Virus record (IMG/VR): IMGVR_UViG_3300016472_000106
Span: 1-30,559 of that record
From: a virus
Lineage: Duplodnaviria > Caudoviricetes
Reading direction: 5' to 3' (one strand)
DNA: 30,559 nt
Part shown: positions 17,145 through 26,612 of the stretch, piece after piece
Layout: each line of letters begins with the position of its first letter
How positions within the stretch are numbered: position 1 is the stretch's first letter
The notes under the pieces: generated by a model
Databases searched by the model: none
Told to the model about the DNA's origin: nothing
Seen by the model: only the letters and a program-made list of their open reading frames with translations
Translations under genes and position numbers: made by a program

Positions 17145-17549
17145 TTATGCTTCCTTAGCCAATACGAATACCAACCAGTTTGTGGCTGTTTGTCGTACCG
17201 CTACGTTACCCGCAGCAGCTGCAATAGTAACAGCAGCACCAGCAGAGCCACCGTTAATTGTCCCAGTTGCGGAAACAGGGTAAAGGTTTAGTGCGTTAGC
17301 GCCGTTGTTTTGCACGAAAACAATAGATCCAATGGGAGCATCAGGAAGTTTTACACCAGTTCCAGAAGCTGTAGTTCCGACTACGTTTACAAACGCAGTA
17401 AGTGCCAAAGCATCGGTAATGGCAGATCCTGTTGCAGTCAATGTTCCACTTGCTGAACGTGCTGGAGCTGAGGAAACTGTCTGAGAATTAAGCACACTGG
17501 CTTGTTCCGGCGGCATCCCCAAACCAATCAAATCAGTTAAAAGTGACAT
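17145..17549 (-). CDS. Small structural protein (head decoration/fibre-like)
   Basis: GTGVKLP...GSIVFVQNNGANALNLYP...TING; A/T/G-rich. Confidence 0.6.
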   Translation of the reverse strand: MSLLTDLIGLGMPPEQASVLNSQTVSSAPARSASGTLTATGSAITDALALTAFVNVVGTTASGTGVKLPDAPIGSIVFVQNNGANALNLYPVSATGTINGGSAGAAVTIAAAAGNVAVRQTATNWLVFVLAKEA

Positions 17550-17560
17550 AGAATCCTTTT

Positions 17561-17584
17561 AAAAAAGGGGGGATTTCTCCCCCC
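17561..17584 (-). terminator. Rho-independent terminator after the capsid and decoration genes
   Basis: Minus strand: GGGGGGA-GAAA-TCCCCCC followed by T6. Confidence 0.8.
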
Positions 17585-17590
17585 ATTAGT

Positions 17591-18070
17591 TTACACTCCC
17601 ATTGGAGCCGTCGAAGCAAGTTCCACAGCCTGTGTGCCGGTTGTACCAGCCAAACCGTACACATGGTTGATTTTGTCAGTTGCAGTAGCATCGTCGGCGC
17701 ATCCTGCCGTTGAAGTGGTATACAAAGCATTTCCAGCAACATATCCGGTAAGGATTTTGCCTTTAATGCCAACACCAACTCCACCACCCATTGCACCACC
17801 AATCCATACCCAAAGGTATTCGTCATCAGCCGCAGCTACCTGAGCTACACCGATTTGAATTGGCCCTGCAATTGCATCCGTTGCTTCAGCAGCCTGGCCA
17901 GCGGAAGTTATTTTTACAAAAGCATATTGAGCTATTGCCCCATCAGCTTGAACAAAAACAAATTCTCCTTCCGTTGAGCTTCCAACATCAGTCAACTTAG
18001 CTGGTAGTGGTCCTTCGGACCCAGTCCATGTACGAGTGTAATTAACACCAAATGATCCTGAATGTGACAT
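17591..18070 (-). CDS. Capsid decoration/cement protein
   Basis: Directly after the MCP; GEFVFVQA, IGVAQVA, YLWVWIGG and LYTTSTAG.ADD; GAGGA SD. Confidence 0.7.
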   Translation of the reverse strand: MSHSGSFGVNYTRTWTGSEGPLPAKLTDVGSSTEGEFVFVQADGAIAQYAFVKITSAGQAAEATDAIAGPIQIGVAQVAAADDEYLWVWIGGAMGGGVGVGIKGKILTGYVAGNALYTTSTAGCADDATATDKINHVYGLAGTTGTQAVELASTAPMGV

Positions 18071-18089
18071 ATTCTGTTTCCTCCTCTAA

Positions 18090-19046
18090 TTAAGCGTAAA
18101 TTACAGCTTGTAGAGCTGGAGCAGAGCAGCACAAGTTTCCTTCAACGATAATAACCGTGAAGAAAGCGTCCTGATCAACTGGTCGAGCCATCTCTGGAGC
18201 GAGCGGCTTAAAGTCAGCCCCACGCACCATATCCATTGTCCAATACTTCGTATTGAGCAAACGGCAGCTGTTAGTCTCAAGAACCGACGAGCCATAACCA
18301 CCATCGAATACAAAGTCGCATCCGTCATAGCTAAGTACACGGAAACCAGCGACAGCCTTCTTTGTCGGAAGCTGAATACGCTGAATTGCCGTAAGTGAGC
18401 TATGAAGAAACTTCCAAGCTGTACGATCCATCAAACCAAGGTCCGGCTGCTCATCGCCTCGGACAATCTGGCTGATTGTATCAGTGATTGTCTCTTGTAC
18501 GTTTGAAGCCGAAAGAGTGGTGTTGACGGCAAGATTTCGTGCCCAAAGGTTAGTACCACGGTCAATAGTTCCGTATGTACCTGACGACGGCGAAGTCGAA
18601 ACAGCTTTCTTAATACCATCAAACTCAAGTCCACCAGAACCAGTTCCATCGCCACGAAGCGAGGTTGATACTGTGTTTTTGAGTCGGGCAATAGCTGCCT
18701 TCATCTTCATCTCAGCCAAATCAATCAACTGAGCCTGGTCACGGTTAGCACGACGCTCACGACCCGAAATTGCTACAGGCTCATAAACCTGCTTAATTCC
18801 AAATCGGAAAGCCGTTGCATCCTCAATAGCGTTCAAATTGAACGAGCTAAAGCCGGAATAAAAGCCACCCTGAGCGTCATCATTGTACATGATGGGCTTG
18901 CGAAGCTCATATCCACCGGAAAATTTACGAATAAGACCCTGATCGTCCAACGAAGCCAAAAGCGGATTGTGATGAAGAATCTCATCCGCAATAGCGTCCG
19001 ACTGGTCGAAAAGGGTCGTGACGATTGCCTCTTCTAAGTTTGCCAT
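18090..19046 (-). CDS. Major capsid protein (HK97 fold)
   Basis: 318 aa after the scaffold; IADEI..HNPLL, GGYELRKPIMY and GDGTG...DGI motifs typical of this MCP class. Confidence 0.85.
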   Translation of the reverse strand: MANLEEAIVTTLFDQSDAIADEILHHNPLLASLDDQGLIRKFSGGYELRKPIMYNDDAQGGFYSGFSSFNLNAIEDATAFRFGIKQVYEPVAISGRERRANRDQAQLIDLAEMKMKAAIARLKNTVSTSLRGDGTGSGGLEFDGIKKAVSTSPSSGTYGTIDRGTNLWARNLAVNTTLSASNVQETITDTISQIVRGDEQPDLGLMDRTAWKFLHSSLTAIQRIQLPTKKAVAGFRVLSYDGCDFVFDGGYGSSVLETNSCRLLNTKYWTMDMVRGADFKPLAPEMARPVDQDAFFTVIIVEGNLCCSAPALQAVIYA

Positions 19047-19087
19047 TTGTTATCCTTAACTTGTTTAAGCGGGATAACCTGTAAACT

Positions 19088-20134
19088 TTAATCGTCCCCA
19101 ATAAAGCGACGACGTAGGTTCTCCCGCAAGTCTTTTATTTCTAGCCTGGGAGTCCCACTGCCTGGGGAGCCAGATATGGACCGTGATGCTGCCTTTGCTT
19201 GCTGCGCCACAGCTTGTTTCTGTTCGATCATCGGTTTTGCAGTCATTTGACGAACAAGACTGGAGTAAACCGGATTGCCATTTATAACGTAGTTATACGC
19301 CGTCTCTAGGATTTCTTCAGGAGAGTTGTAACGTCCTGTTCCCTTCAACGCCGACACTATCGGGGCCATTTCAGATTCGATTTGCGAAGCTGTTTCTGGG
19401 TCCCTGAACACTGGCTTTGAGTTCATAAACGACTCTACAACCCTTTGGTTAAAGTACTCAACGGCTTTTTGTTCCTGTTGTTGCATGACCGCTTGCATAC
19501 GCTCTTCGGCGATACGCTCGGCATCTTCTCTTGTCAGGTAGTTTTGTTGAGGCTGATATTGCGGCTCATAGCCATTTTCTGGTTGGTAATTTACCAGTTG
19601 GTTAATATCAACGCCGTATGCCTCTAGCCATTCCCTAGCGGTTTCTACAGGGTTATTTTGCATAGCCCTATCCCAAGCTATGGATCGCCTAGCTACGTCA
19701 CTGAGTGCTATACCTTCCTTGGCATAGTCCGTTTCATATTGTTTTATAACGTCGTATATTTGAGCCGTGTTTCGTCGTTGTTCTTCAAGCTCGGCCATTT
19801 TGCGGCTATAATCGGACCTAGTTTCATAAGCTCGACGATTGAGGTAACTTTGAAGCACATGAGCGTTATCCGGTGTAGGATTAAGAAATGCAGCTTTTTC
19901 TTCCGCTCGCATATCCGCAGGTGGCAAAAGAACTGGCCTATCAACGGGAGCAGCAACTTGAACTTCATTACTAACTTCTTGCTGGGTTTCGGGTTCGGCT
20001 TTTACCTGTGTTTGGGTTTCGCCGCTTTGTTCCAAATGCTGACTAAGTGCTTCTCGTATGCTCGGTCCCTTATTTTCTGAATCGTTACGTTCTACCGAAA
20101 CCTCAGTGTCCTCTACCTGGTAGTTATCTTCCAT
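19088..20134 (-). CDS. Capsid scaffolding protein
   Basis: Acidic, helical and Q-rich, with LETAY and a basic C-terminus (AKAASRSISGSP...LRENLRRRF); directly upstream of the MCP. Confidence 0.75.
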   Translation of the reverse strand: MEDNYQVEDTEVSVERNDSENKGPSIREALSQHLEQSGETQTQVKAEPETQQEVSNEVQVAAPVDRPVLLPPADMRAEEKAAFLNPTPDNAHVLQSYLNRRAYETRSDYSRKMAELEEQRRNTAQIYDVIKQYETDYAKEGIALSDVARRSIAWDRAMQNNPVETAREWLEAYGVDINQLVNYQPENGYEPQYQPQQNYLTREDAERIAEERMQAVMQQQEQKAVEYFNQRVVESFMNSKPVFRDPETASQIESEMAPIVSALKGTGRYNSPEEILETAYNYVINGNPVYSSLVRQMTAKPMIEQKQAVAQQAKAASRSISGSPGSGTPRLEIKDLRENLRRRFIGDD

Positions 20135-20444
20135 TGTTCCACCTTTCTATCATTTGTTGTTTTAACCTGGAGACTAGCTCACGCTCGGATCGTCCTGACT
20201 CTCGGTCAGGGGTGTACCCTTTATCGTAAGCATCTCCAACCTCAATAGCACCAGCAGCTTTATAAGCCGCTCGTAGCTTTGATTTACTGGTGTAAACCTC
20301 GTTAGGATTCAATGGATTTCGAGTCGGCGGCATTTCATCTTGAATAAATAAATCCCTAGCGTTGGGACTTGTTCGTTCAACTTGTTCAACCGGAACGACT
20401 TTTTGTTTAACTGGACAATACTGAAACAATTTATATTTACTCAT
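20124..20444 (-). CDS. Conserved phage head-region protein
   Basis: FIQDEMPPTRNP...YTSKSKLRAAYKAAGAIEVG motif. Confidence 0.65.
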   Translation of the reverse strand: MSKYKLFQYCPVKQKVVPVEQVERTSPNARDLFIQDEMPPTRNPLNPNEVYTSKSKLRAAYKAAGAIEVGDAYDKGYTPDRESGRSERELVSRLKQQMIERWNNGR

Positions 20445-21076
20445 ACTTCATCCATTGTCGCTAACAATAACAACGCTTGAATACGTTTGCGTTTATTGCT
20501 TCTAAATTCTGGGGCTACTTGCAAAACTAAATCTTCAAACTTTTGTTTTGCCGTTTTTTTCTTTTTGTTGCGTTTTTGTTCTGCATCGTGTCGACGTTTT
20601 TTTAAAATTTGCGCCGCTATATTTTGTTCATATATTTCGTTTTCCTGTCGTTCTCGTTTTTTATAATTATCGAGAATATCACTTGTATCAATATCCCCGC
20701 CTTCTCTTATTACAGTTGGAGGATAAAATACTTGTGTTGAAGCAATAGGGTTTAAAACAATAACGGCAGGACCACTTAAAACGGTCGGCGTGTAAACGAC
20801 TGTTGATACGTTCCACGCTGGTAAGTTAACGGTAGCATCATTTGTTTGTGTTGCAGCAGGTTGAAAAACTGTTGATGTTGGCCCTAACAGTGCCAAATCA
20901 ATTGTCAAAGTTGTTTGTGTTAATGACGGAACAAATACTGTTGATGTGGGGCCAATAAGTGGCAAAACAGTAGTACTTATTGTTTCAAGTGGAACAAATG
21001 GGAAAAATTCACTAACTGTGTATGTATTAGTGTAAGACCAATTTAATCCATTTTGAAATGAAACACCAAATGCCAT
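20441..21076 (-). CDS. Bipartite protein: Thr/Pro repeat stalk plus basic helical C-terminus
   Basis: Four imperfect ~25-aa repeats (L..IGPTSTVF.P) then a K/R-rich helix ending LLLATMDEV. Confidence 0.6.
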   Translation of the reverse strand: MAFGVSFQNGLNWSYTNTYTVSEFFPFVPLETISTTVLPLIGPTSTVFVPSLTQTTLTIDLALLGPTSTVFQPAATQTNDATVNLPAWNVSTVVYTPTVLSGPAVIVLNPIASTQVFYPPTVIREGGDIDTSDILDNYKKRERQENEIYEQNIAAQILKKRRHDAEQKRNKKKKTAKQKFEDLVLQVAPEFRSNKRKRIQALLLLATMDEV

Positions 21077-21885
21077 TATCCTTCCAATTCAATGATTGAT
21101 TGTGTCACTGCTGCATTGCTGTAATTTGCATAAACAAGCGATGAAACAACACTTCCACTGGTTGCAATCGCAGGAAGCGTTGATACTATGTTTAAACCAC
21201 TTCCACCAATGATATCGTATACCCCAGCGCCAGCAACAATAGTTTGATTTATTGTGACTTCTTCGTACATGTAAACTTCTGCTGCGCCAGCTGTTGCGGC
21301 TGTGTCTACACGAATTTGAATAATATCTCGTGCGGCATTTGCATTATTTAAAGGTAAAAAATAACACGAACCAATTACTGAAAGTGGAACAGTAATGGAT
21401 ATTGTGCCAACTACGTTAGCCCCATCTTGGTCTACAAAACCAACGCCGCCAGTTGCTGTTTGTAATCTAATAATTGGTGGCGTTCCAGTCAGTGCAGTTG
21501 TAATTTTTATAAACGGTAAATACGCTTGAGGTTGACTAATTGTGTTTAATTCATCTCGTAATAACGGGAAAACTGCTGCGTCATGTGTGAACCCGTTACC
21601 AATAGCTGAAAAATTTAAAGTACCAATTTTATAAATTAATGCGATAGTGCCACCTCTGGCTACCGTATTTGTACTTTGCAAACTTACAATGGGAGATCCG
21701 CCGGCAGATAAACTTTGCAAAGTATTAGGCCATGTAGAGCCAATACTGTTGCCTATTAATTGAAATGAAAAAAACCCAGTTGTTCCAGTAGCAGCGGTAG
21801 TAGCCGTAGTGGTGCTGCTAAGGTTTAGACACCACCGGCAACCACTTTGAGCCAATCCTTGATATATGTTTGCTAAAGTTGTCAT
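21076..21885 (-). CDS. Beta-rich structural protein, paralog C
   Basis: Start MTTLANIY via TAATG overlap; FVDQDG, FLPL and RDIIQI motifs. Confidence 0.7.
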   Translation of the reverse strand: MTTLANIYQGLAQSGCRWCLNLSSTTTATTAATGTTGFFSFQLIGNSIGSTWPNTLQSLSAGGSPIVSLQSTNTVARGGTIALIYKIGTLNFSAIGNGFTHDAAVFPLLRDELNTISQPQAYLPFIKITTALTGTPPIIRLQTATGGVGFVDQDGANVVGTISITVPLSVIGSCYFLPLNNANAARDIIQIRVDTAATAGAAEVYMYEEVTINQTIVAGAGVYDIIGGSGLNIVSTLPAIATSGSVVSSLVYANYSNAAVTQSIIELEG

Positions 21886-22667
21886 TAAGTAGGTTCCGGT
21901 ATAAAACTTATATTTATTACAGCATCGCAAGTTGCATTGTTAAACAATCTGTAAAAACCCAAAGTTTCGTTTGGTATTGCTAAATATGGAATTTGAAAAT
22001 TACTTAAAAAATTAGTTCCATGTAGAGAGCCATTGTTGAAACAGACATGCAAAGGCAACACCCCATACACGTCAATTATACCGCTTGAGCCTGTTGAAAT
22101 AGTCATTCCAGTAACGTCACGAACTCCTATAGCACCGCCGGTAAAAAGAGGTTGTAGATGAAAAGCGCTTTGTGCTGTTGCGTTTGTTGGAATTATTGGA
22201 GTAACGATTTGTCCAGCGGTTCCTGAATCGTCTGTGAAAGTAATCGTAAGCGTAGGTGTAGTTGCGGCAATAGTTGTTCTAATAACAGCAAAACATAAAC
22301 CTGCCGCCGTTTGTATACTTGTTCCTCGAACCGTTTTTAATGGCATTGTTACACCATTTGTAAAAACTCCGGTTGCAAGATTTAAGGAACCAAGTAAGTA
22401 ATCCAACCCGACAATCATTCCGGTGCCGGTGTCTTCGTTAAACATGTTAATGTTTGTAGCAATAAACCCGCTGACGTTTGCGCCAACACTTGGAATTGTT
22501 GGTGTTAAATCTAATTTTTGTACCGTTACACCTCCACTTGCAATGGTAGCAGCTGTTGTGGTTGCGACAATTCGAGGCGCATACAAACGGTTTAAATTGC
22601 CATAGCTTGCGGAGGTAGCAAGCATAACATTTATATTTGGTTGCGATCCCGTAAGATTTGCGGTCAT
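21885..22667 (-). CDS. Beta-rich structural protein, paralog B
   Basis: LGSLNLATGVFT.G..MP, ITFTDDSG and GVRDVTGMT motifs. Confidence 0.7.
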   Translation of the reverse strand: MTANLTGSQPNINVMLATSASYGNLNRLYAPRIVATTTAATIASGGVTVQKLDLTPTIPSVGANVSGFIATNINMFNEDTGTGMIVGLDYLLGSLNLATGVFTNGVTMPLKTVRGTSIQTAAGLCFAVIRTTIAATTPTLTITFTDDSGTAGQIVTPIIPTNATAQSAFHLQPLFTGGAIGVRDVTGMTISTGSSGIIDVYGVLPLHVCFNNGSLHGTNFLSNFQIPYLAIPNETLGFYRLFNNATCDAVINISFIPEPT

Positions 22668-23440
22668 GGTTGCTCGCCAATAAAATATAAAGTTCCTTGT
22701 ACTCGACGGGCTACGTTATTTAACGTAAGCAATCCTAATTGATCGCCTGTTTGCAATAGTGGTGGTGTTGGTTTTTCTGTTAGAAAATTTAATTGTGAAG
22801 GCGTAGCTGTAACTCTTGATTCTTGGCTAAATGTGCCAAATGGGCAAAAACCAAAAAATCCTATCGTGCCACTTGCAACTCCACCACCTGCAACAGTCAC
22901 ATTTGTTATATCTCTTACACCGTCATCGCCTGAAGCCAAGCGAAGAAATCCGCACGTCCCTGTTGTTGCTCCAGTTGTAAAAGTAAATGCTGGTGCAGCG
23001 GACCCCACGTTGCCGTCTTGATCTGTGTATTGAACTGTTGTTGAAACCGCACCAGATGTTAATGTTAAAGCGCTTAAAGCAAACATGCAAACCGCAGAAG
23101 ACGCTGTGCGAGTTACATTTCCTTCTGTTACAGTTGGCATGGCGTTTCCGGTGTCAAAAATGCCAGTCCCGTAATTGTAAGCACCTAAGTAAGTAAACTT
23201 TCCTAATATACTTGGAATAATTGTTGAAGAACGACACGTTGCGTTAACTAATCTTAATCCCGCTACGCCAGCAGGGTATGAGCCAATTGTTGCAATGGCG
23301 GCCAATTGGAAACGCAGCAATTGTCCGCTAAAAATGGTCGCTCCGGTATTTGCAATAATATCCGACGAATAATGGATTTGTTTTACATAACCGTTTGATA
23401 ATCTATCGATGTATTGATCAAATGTTTGAAGATTGGCCAT
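22664..23440 (-). CDS. Beta-rich structural protein, paralog A
   Basis: Likely start MANLQ; LGAYNYGTGIF..G..MP, QYTDQDGN and FLRLASGDDGVRDIT motifs. Confidence 0.7.
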   Translation of the reverse strand: MANLQTFDQYIDRLSNGYVKQIHYSSDIIANTGATIFSGQLLRFQLAAIATIGSYPAGVAGLRLVNATCRSSTIIPSILGKFTYLGAYNYGTGIFDTGNAMPTVTEGNVTRTASSAVCMFALSALTLTSGAVSTTVQYTDQDGNVGSAAPAFTFTTGATTGTCGFLRLASGDDGVRDITNVTVAGGGVASGTIGFFGFCPFGTFSQESRVTATPSQLNFLTEKPTPPLLQTGDQLGLLTLNNVARRVQGTLYFIGEQP

Positions 23441-23642
23441 AAGAATCAATCATTTGATTAAAAGTATATATGTTTTCATCAAGTTGAAACGTGTGATTTA
23501 AATTGCACTGTTTATGAGTAGATAAATCACCTTCGTTGATTTTAATAATTTCATCGCACAGTGGGCATTTAACCAATTTCCAACTACCAATTAACGGACG
23601 AGCCGGTATTGATGCTTGCTGTGTTGCCGGTTTTATAATCAT
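23418..23642 (-). CDS. Small zinc-ribbon-like protein
   Basis: CPLC...CNLNH; ATGA-coupled to the upstream gene. Confidence 0.55.
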   Translation of the reverse strand: MIIKPATQQASIPARPLIGSWKLVKCPLCDEIIKINEGDLSTHKQCNLNHTFQLDENIYTFNQMIDSYGQSSNI

Positions 23643-24079
23643 AGAGCAAAAATGCCAGAGGCATTAAATTGAACTGTTATATTTCCACCATTTGGAGTAA
23701 CGGGTAATCCGCTTGAACCAACATCAATGTAAGCAATTAAAGGACTGGTTGCGGACACACCAGTGCTTTTGTAAATAATTAACGCTTCTACATCAACGCC
23801 GGAAATTGCTGTAAAAACTGCATCCTCAGCATCAAACACTCCGTTCGTAACTGTTTTAGTGGTGAATGTATAAATACCACTTGGGCCACCAACTAAAGCT
23901 GAAGAAGCTGCCGACCAAAATTCATCATTGGTGTTGTATGTATAAACTCCAACGTCGATAAGAGCGATGTTAATTGTATTGGTAAGTAAATCAATCGGCG
24001 TTCCAGTTGATAATGACGAAGCACCAATAAGTTTTTGTTTAAATTTGGGGTATAGTTGGTTTCCAAACGGATACGGCAT
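23639..24079 (-). CDS. Small structural protein (appendage base/connector-like)
   Basis: IDL..NTINIAL, GVFDAED, LIIYK, PLIAYID and TPNGGNITVQFNASGIF form a recurrent phage structural motif set. Confidence 0.7.
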   Translation of the reverse strand: MPYPFGNQLYPKFKQKLIGASSLSTGTPIDLLTNTINIALIDVGVYTYNTNDEFWSAASSALVGGPSGIYTFTTKTVTNGVFDAEDAVFTAISGVDVEALIIYKSTGVSATSPLIAYIDVGSSGLPVTPNGGNITVQFNASGIFAL

Positions 24080-24080
24080 A

Positions 24081-26612
24081 TTAATCTTGCTCCTCTATTT
24101 CAATTGCAACTGGATTTCCTAAATCATCTGAAATAATTGTTCCTTTACGTTTACGTTTTGGAACAATCGGCGTTTGCATACGCTTTTCAATTGCTTCCAT
24201 ACCAACTCGCATACGTTCAAGTTGTTGTTCACTGGCAAGGCGACGTTCTTCTAGTAATTTTTCCGCCTCGCTCAGTCGTATTCTCATACGCTCAAGCTCA
24301 AGTTTTTGTAACTCAAGAACTTGAGTCATGCGGTTGTTTTCTTGGTTAATAGCATGTTTGTACTCATCGCTATTTGACCCAGCATCGACTTTTGCCATTT
24401 GAACAGTAAGTTGTTGTGCTTTAATTTGCACCTCTTGTTCAGCTAGGGCTAATTCGTTTTGTTTGACGTATTCTTCAAATTGTTGTTTTTGTACAAGCAA
24501 CTGAGTTTCAAGTTGATCACGTTGAGCTTTGAGCTGCTGGTCTTGCATAGCCAGCAAGTTCTTCTCGTGATTGTCTTGCATTTCCATCTGCGTAGCTTGA
24601 ATACGAGCTTGCGCTTCAATTTGAGCAATCTGCATACGAGCTTGCATTTCTTGCATAATAGGATCTGGAGGTGGTGGTTGTTTGGCCGCTTCTTCTTTTG
24701 CTTTAGCAATTTCACCAATCTGAGAGAAAGCTCGCATAAAGATAGCATCAAGCTCTTTACCGCCTTTAAATCGTTTGATCATGTTTTGGAAAAACGCCAT
24801 ACCGAACTCAAGTAGTGGCGGATACTCTTGAATAAGACTGTTCATTTGATTGAAAAACTCACCAGCCGTTGTAATGAGTGCCATTCCTTCTTGCTGGTCT
24901 TGAGACTGGTCAATAGCCACCATTGAGTCAGAAGCAATTTGAATTCGATAGTTGCGTTCCTTGTCATTTCGGATGATGCCAATTAGTTCCGCCTTGATTT
25001 GCTCCATAACCATCTGAGGGTCCATAGGAGGTGGCAACGATGCTTGGTACTCCTGCATCATAGCTTCCTGTTGCTCAGGCGGCATGTTTGGATCTATCTC
25101 CGGTGGAGGTGGTGGAGTTGGTTGCGGCGGTATCATTGGCGCAAGCAACTGATCAGCATCGGCTATGTCTAGGATGCGTTGGTCATCAAACTGCGACGCA
25201 ATAATCGTACCAAGTTTGCCGATACCGTCCGATATAAACTTAGCAAACATGTTCTGTCGAACAATTAAGCCAAGTGATGACCACTGATTTTCAAGCCGAT
25301 TCGCTGTGGCTGATTTGTACTGTTCAGATGTGCCACGAAGCAGGTCAGAGATTTTAAGTGTTTCGTACAATTGTTGTAGAGCCGTCTGTCGAGCGCCTTG
25401 GAGCGTTTGTAGTGCGTTAACGTATGGCTCAATAGGCATGAACTCAATTGAGTTTGAAAGGCCACCACGGGCTTTATACGACGGCCAGTTGATAGCTGGG
25501 ATAAGTCGTAAGTCGCCGCTAATGAGTTGCTCAACTTGATTACCAATAGCCGAATCGTAAATACCGTTAGTGCGAATGGTTTGAGTAACGGCGTGAATAC
25601 GAGTTGTGAGCCTTTCAATTTCTAAGATTTGGTCTTTGACGTGGGCATAATCTGAGACAGGGATGACCGAATCTGGGTCAGTGCTTTGAGCAATGACGGA
25701 ACAAGGATAGAATCCTTCGTATTTGATTGGTGGCTCTGAGGATTGGATGATAGTTTTACTTCCGGCCTTTTGAACCCAAAAGACTTTATTTGCTTCTTCA
25801 CACCACACCTCCCACAATTCGGCTTTGCCTTCGTACTTGTCTCTGTCTTGGTTAATTTCTTTCTTTTGAACTTCTGGGTAGGAGTCGTAGCTCAAGTCGT
25901 TACTTACATCTCGGCCAAACATTTGCTCGGCCTGATAGCGTGACATAAACGCACGTCGTGCTCTCCACTCTATCTCTGATTCGTTGCGAGCATCGGAACA
26001 GAGGTAGTCGTTATACTGCACGACATCAAGAATAGCTCGCTCATCAGTTTTAGCTTCAACTTCAACTGAAACAAGAACTACACCGCCTGGACCTTTTTTA
26101 GCTTTCGATGTGTCGCCGTTAAAAGGATTGCCATCCACATCAATTAAACCATTTGGTGTTTGGAGCAAGGCGATTTCTTGAAAGATAGTTTCAATTTTTG
26201 GTAAATATCGTGACCAAAGAACGCCTTGGCCAGTAAGCAAAAACTGCAAACCTGAATTATAGCCAACCTGATAAAAATCAAAGCCACAATCCATCTGGTA
26301 TTGAATGTTACGCTCAAGAACTACAGCGGCCATTTCGTGCATGGTGCTGCCCATTCGTTTGCGAAGTAGTACTTCGGCTCGTGGTGTTGAGCTAAAGTAA
26401 GCAGGAAGCAAAGTGTTATTGCAATACCACCAAACGTTTAACCGGCGTTCAAGATCCCGTAAAAAACCTACGTCCTTTTGTGCGTTATAAATGCGGATTG
26501 ATTCTTCTGCGACCTCAATAAATTTTTTACGTCGTTCTTCGGCTGCACCAAGCTGTGATTTCCAGTAACGTGTGGAGAAGCGTTTAATGGTTTGTTTAGC
26601 ATCAATTTTCAT
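24081..26612 (-). CDS. Portal protein (P22-like, long C-terminal coiled-coil barrel)
   Basis: 843 aa directly after TerL; ISDLLRG.S...SATA, a Pro-rich linker and an extended Q/E-rich coiled coil. Confidence 0.85.
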   Translation of the reverse strand: MKIDAKQTIKRFSTRYWKSQLGAAEERRKKFIEVAEESIRIYNAQKDVGFLRDLERRLNVWWYCNNTLLPAYFSSTPRAEVLLRKRMGSTMHEMAAVVLERNIQYQMDCGFDFYQVGYNSGLQFLLTGQGVLWSRYLPKIETIFQEIALLQTPNGLIDVDGNPFNGDTSKAKKGPGGVVLVSVEVEAKTDERAILDVVQYNDYLCSDARNESEIEWRARRAFMSRYQAEQMFGRDVSNDLSYDSYPEVQKKEINQDRDKYEGKAELWEVWCEEANKVFWVQKAGSKTIIQSSEPPIKYEGFYPCSVIAQSTDPDSVIPVSDYAHVKDQILEIERLTTRIHAVTQTIRTNGIYDSAIGNQVEQLISGDLRLIPAINWPSYKARGGLSNSIEFMPIEPYVNALQTLQGARQTALQQLYETLKISDLLRGTSEQYKSATANRLENQWSSLGLIVRQNMFAKFISDGIGKLGTIIASQFDDQRILDIADADQLLAPMIPPQPTPPPPPEIDPNMPPEQQEAMMQEYQASLPPPMDPQMVMEQIKAELIGIIRNDKERNYRIQIASDSMVAIDQSQDQQEGMALITTAGEFFNQMNSLIQEYPPLLEFGMAFFQNMIKRFKGGKELDAIFMRAFSQIGEIAKAKEEAAKQPPPPDPIMQEMQARMQIAQIEAQARIQATQMEMQDNHEKNLLAMQDQQLKAQRDQLETQLLVQKQQFEEYVKQNELALAEQEVQIKAQQLTVQMAKVDAGSNSDEYKHAINQENNRMTQVLELQKLELERMRIRLSEAEKLLEERRLASEQQLERMRVGMEAIEKRMQTPIVPKRKRKGTIISDDLGNPVAIEIEEQD

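Noticed and set aside
17823-26047. Other CTGATGA heptamers on the minus strand (about 17823 and 26041) as additional hammerheads
   Set aside because: They lie inside coding sequence and I saw no flanking stems with a GAAA core.
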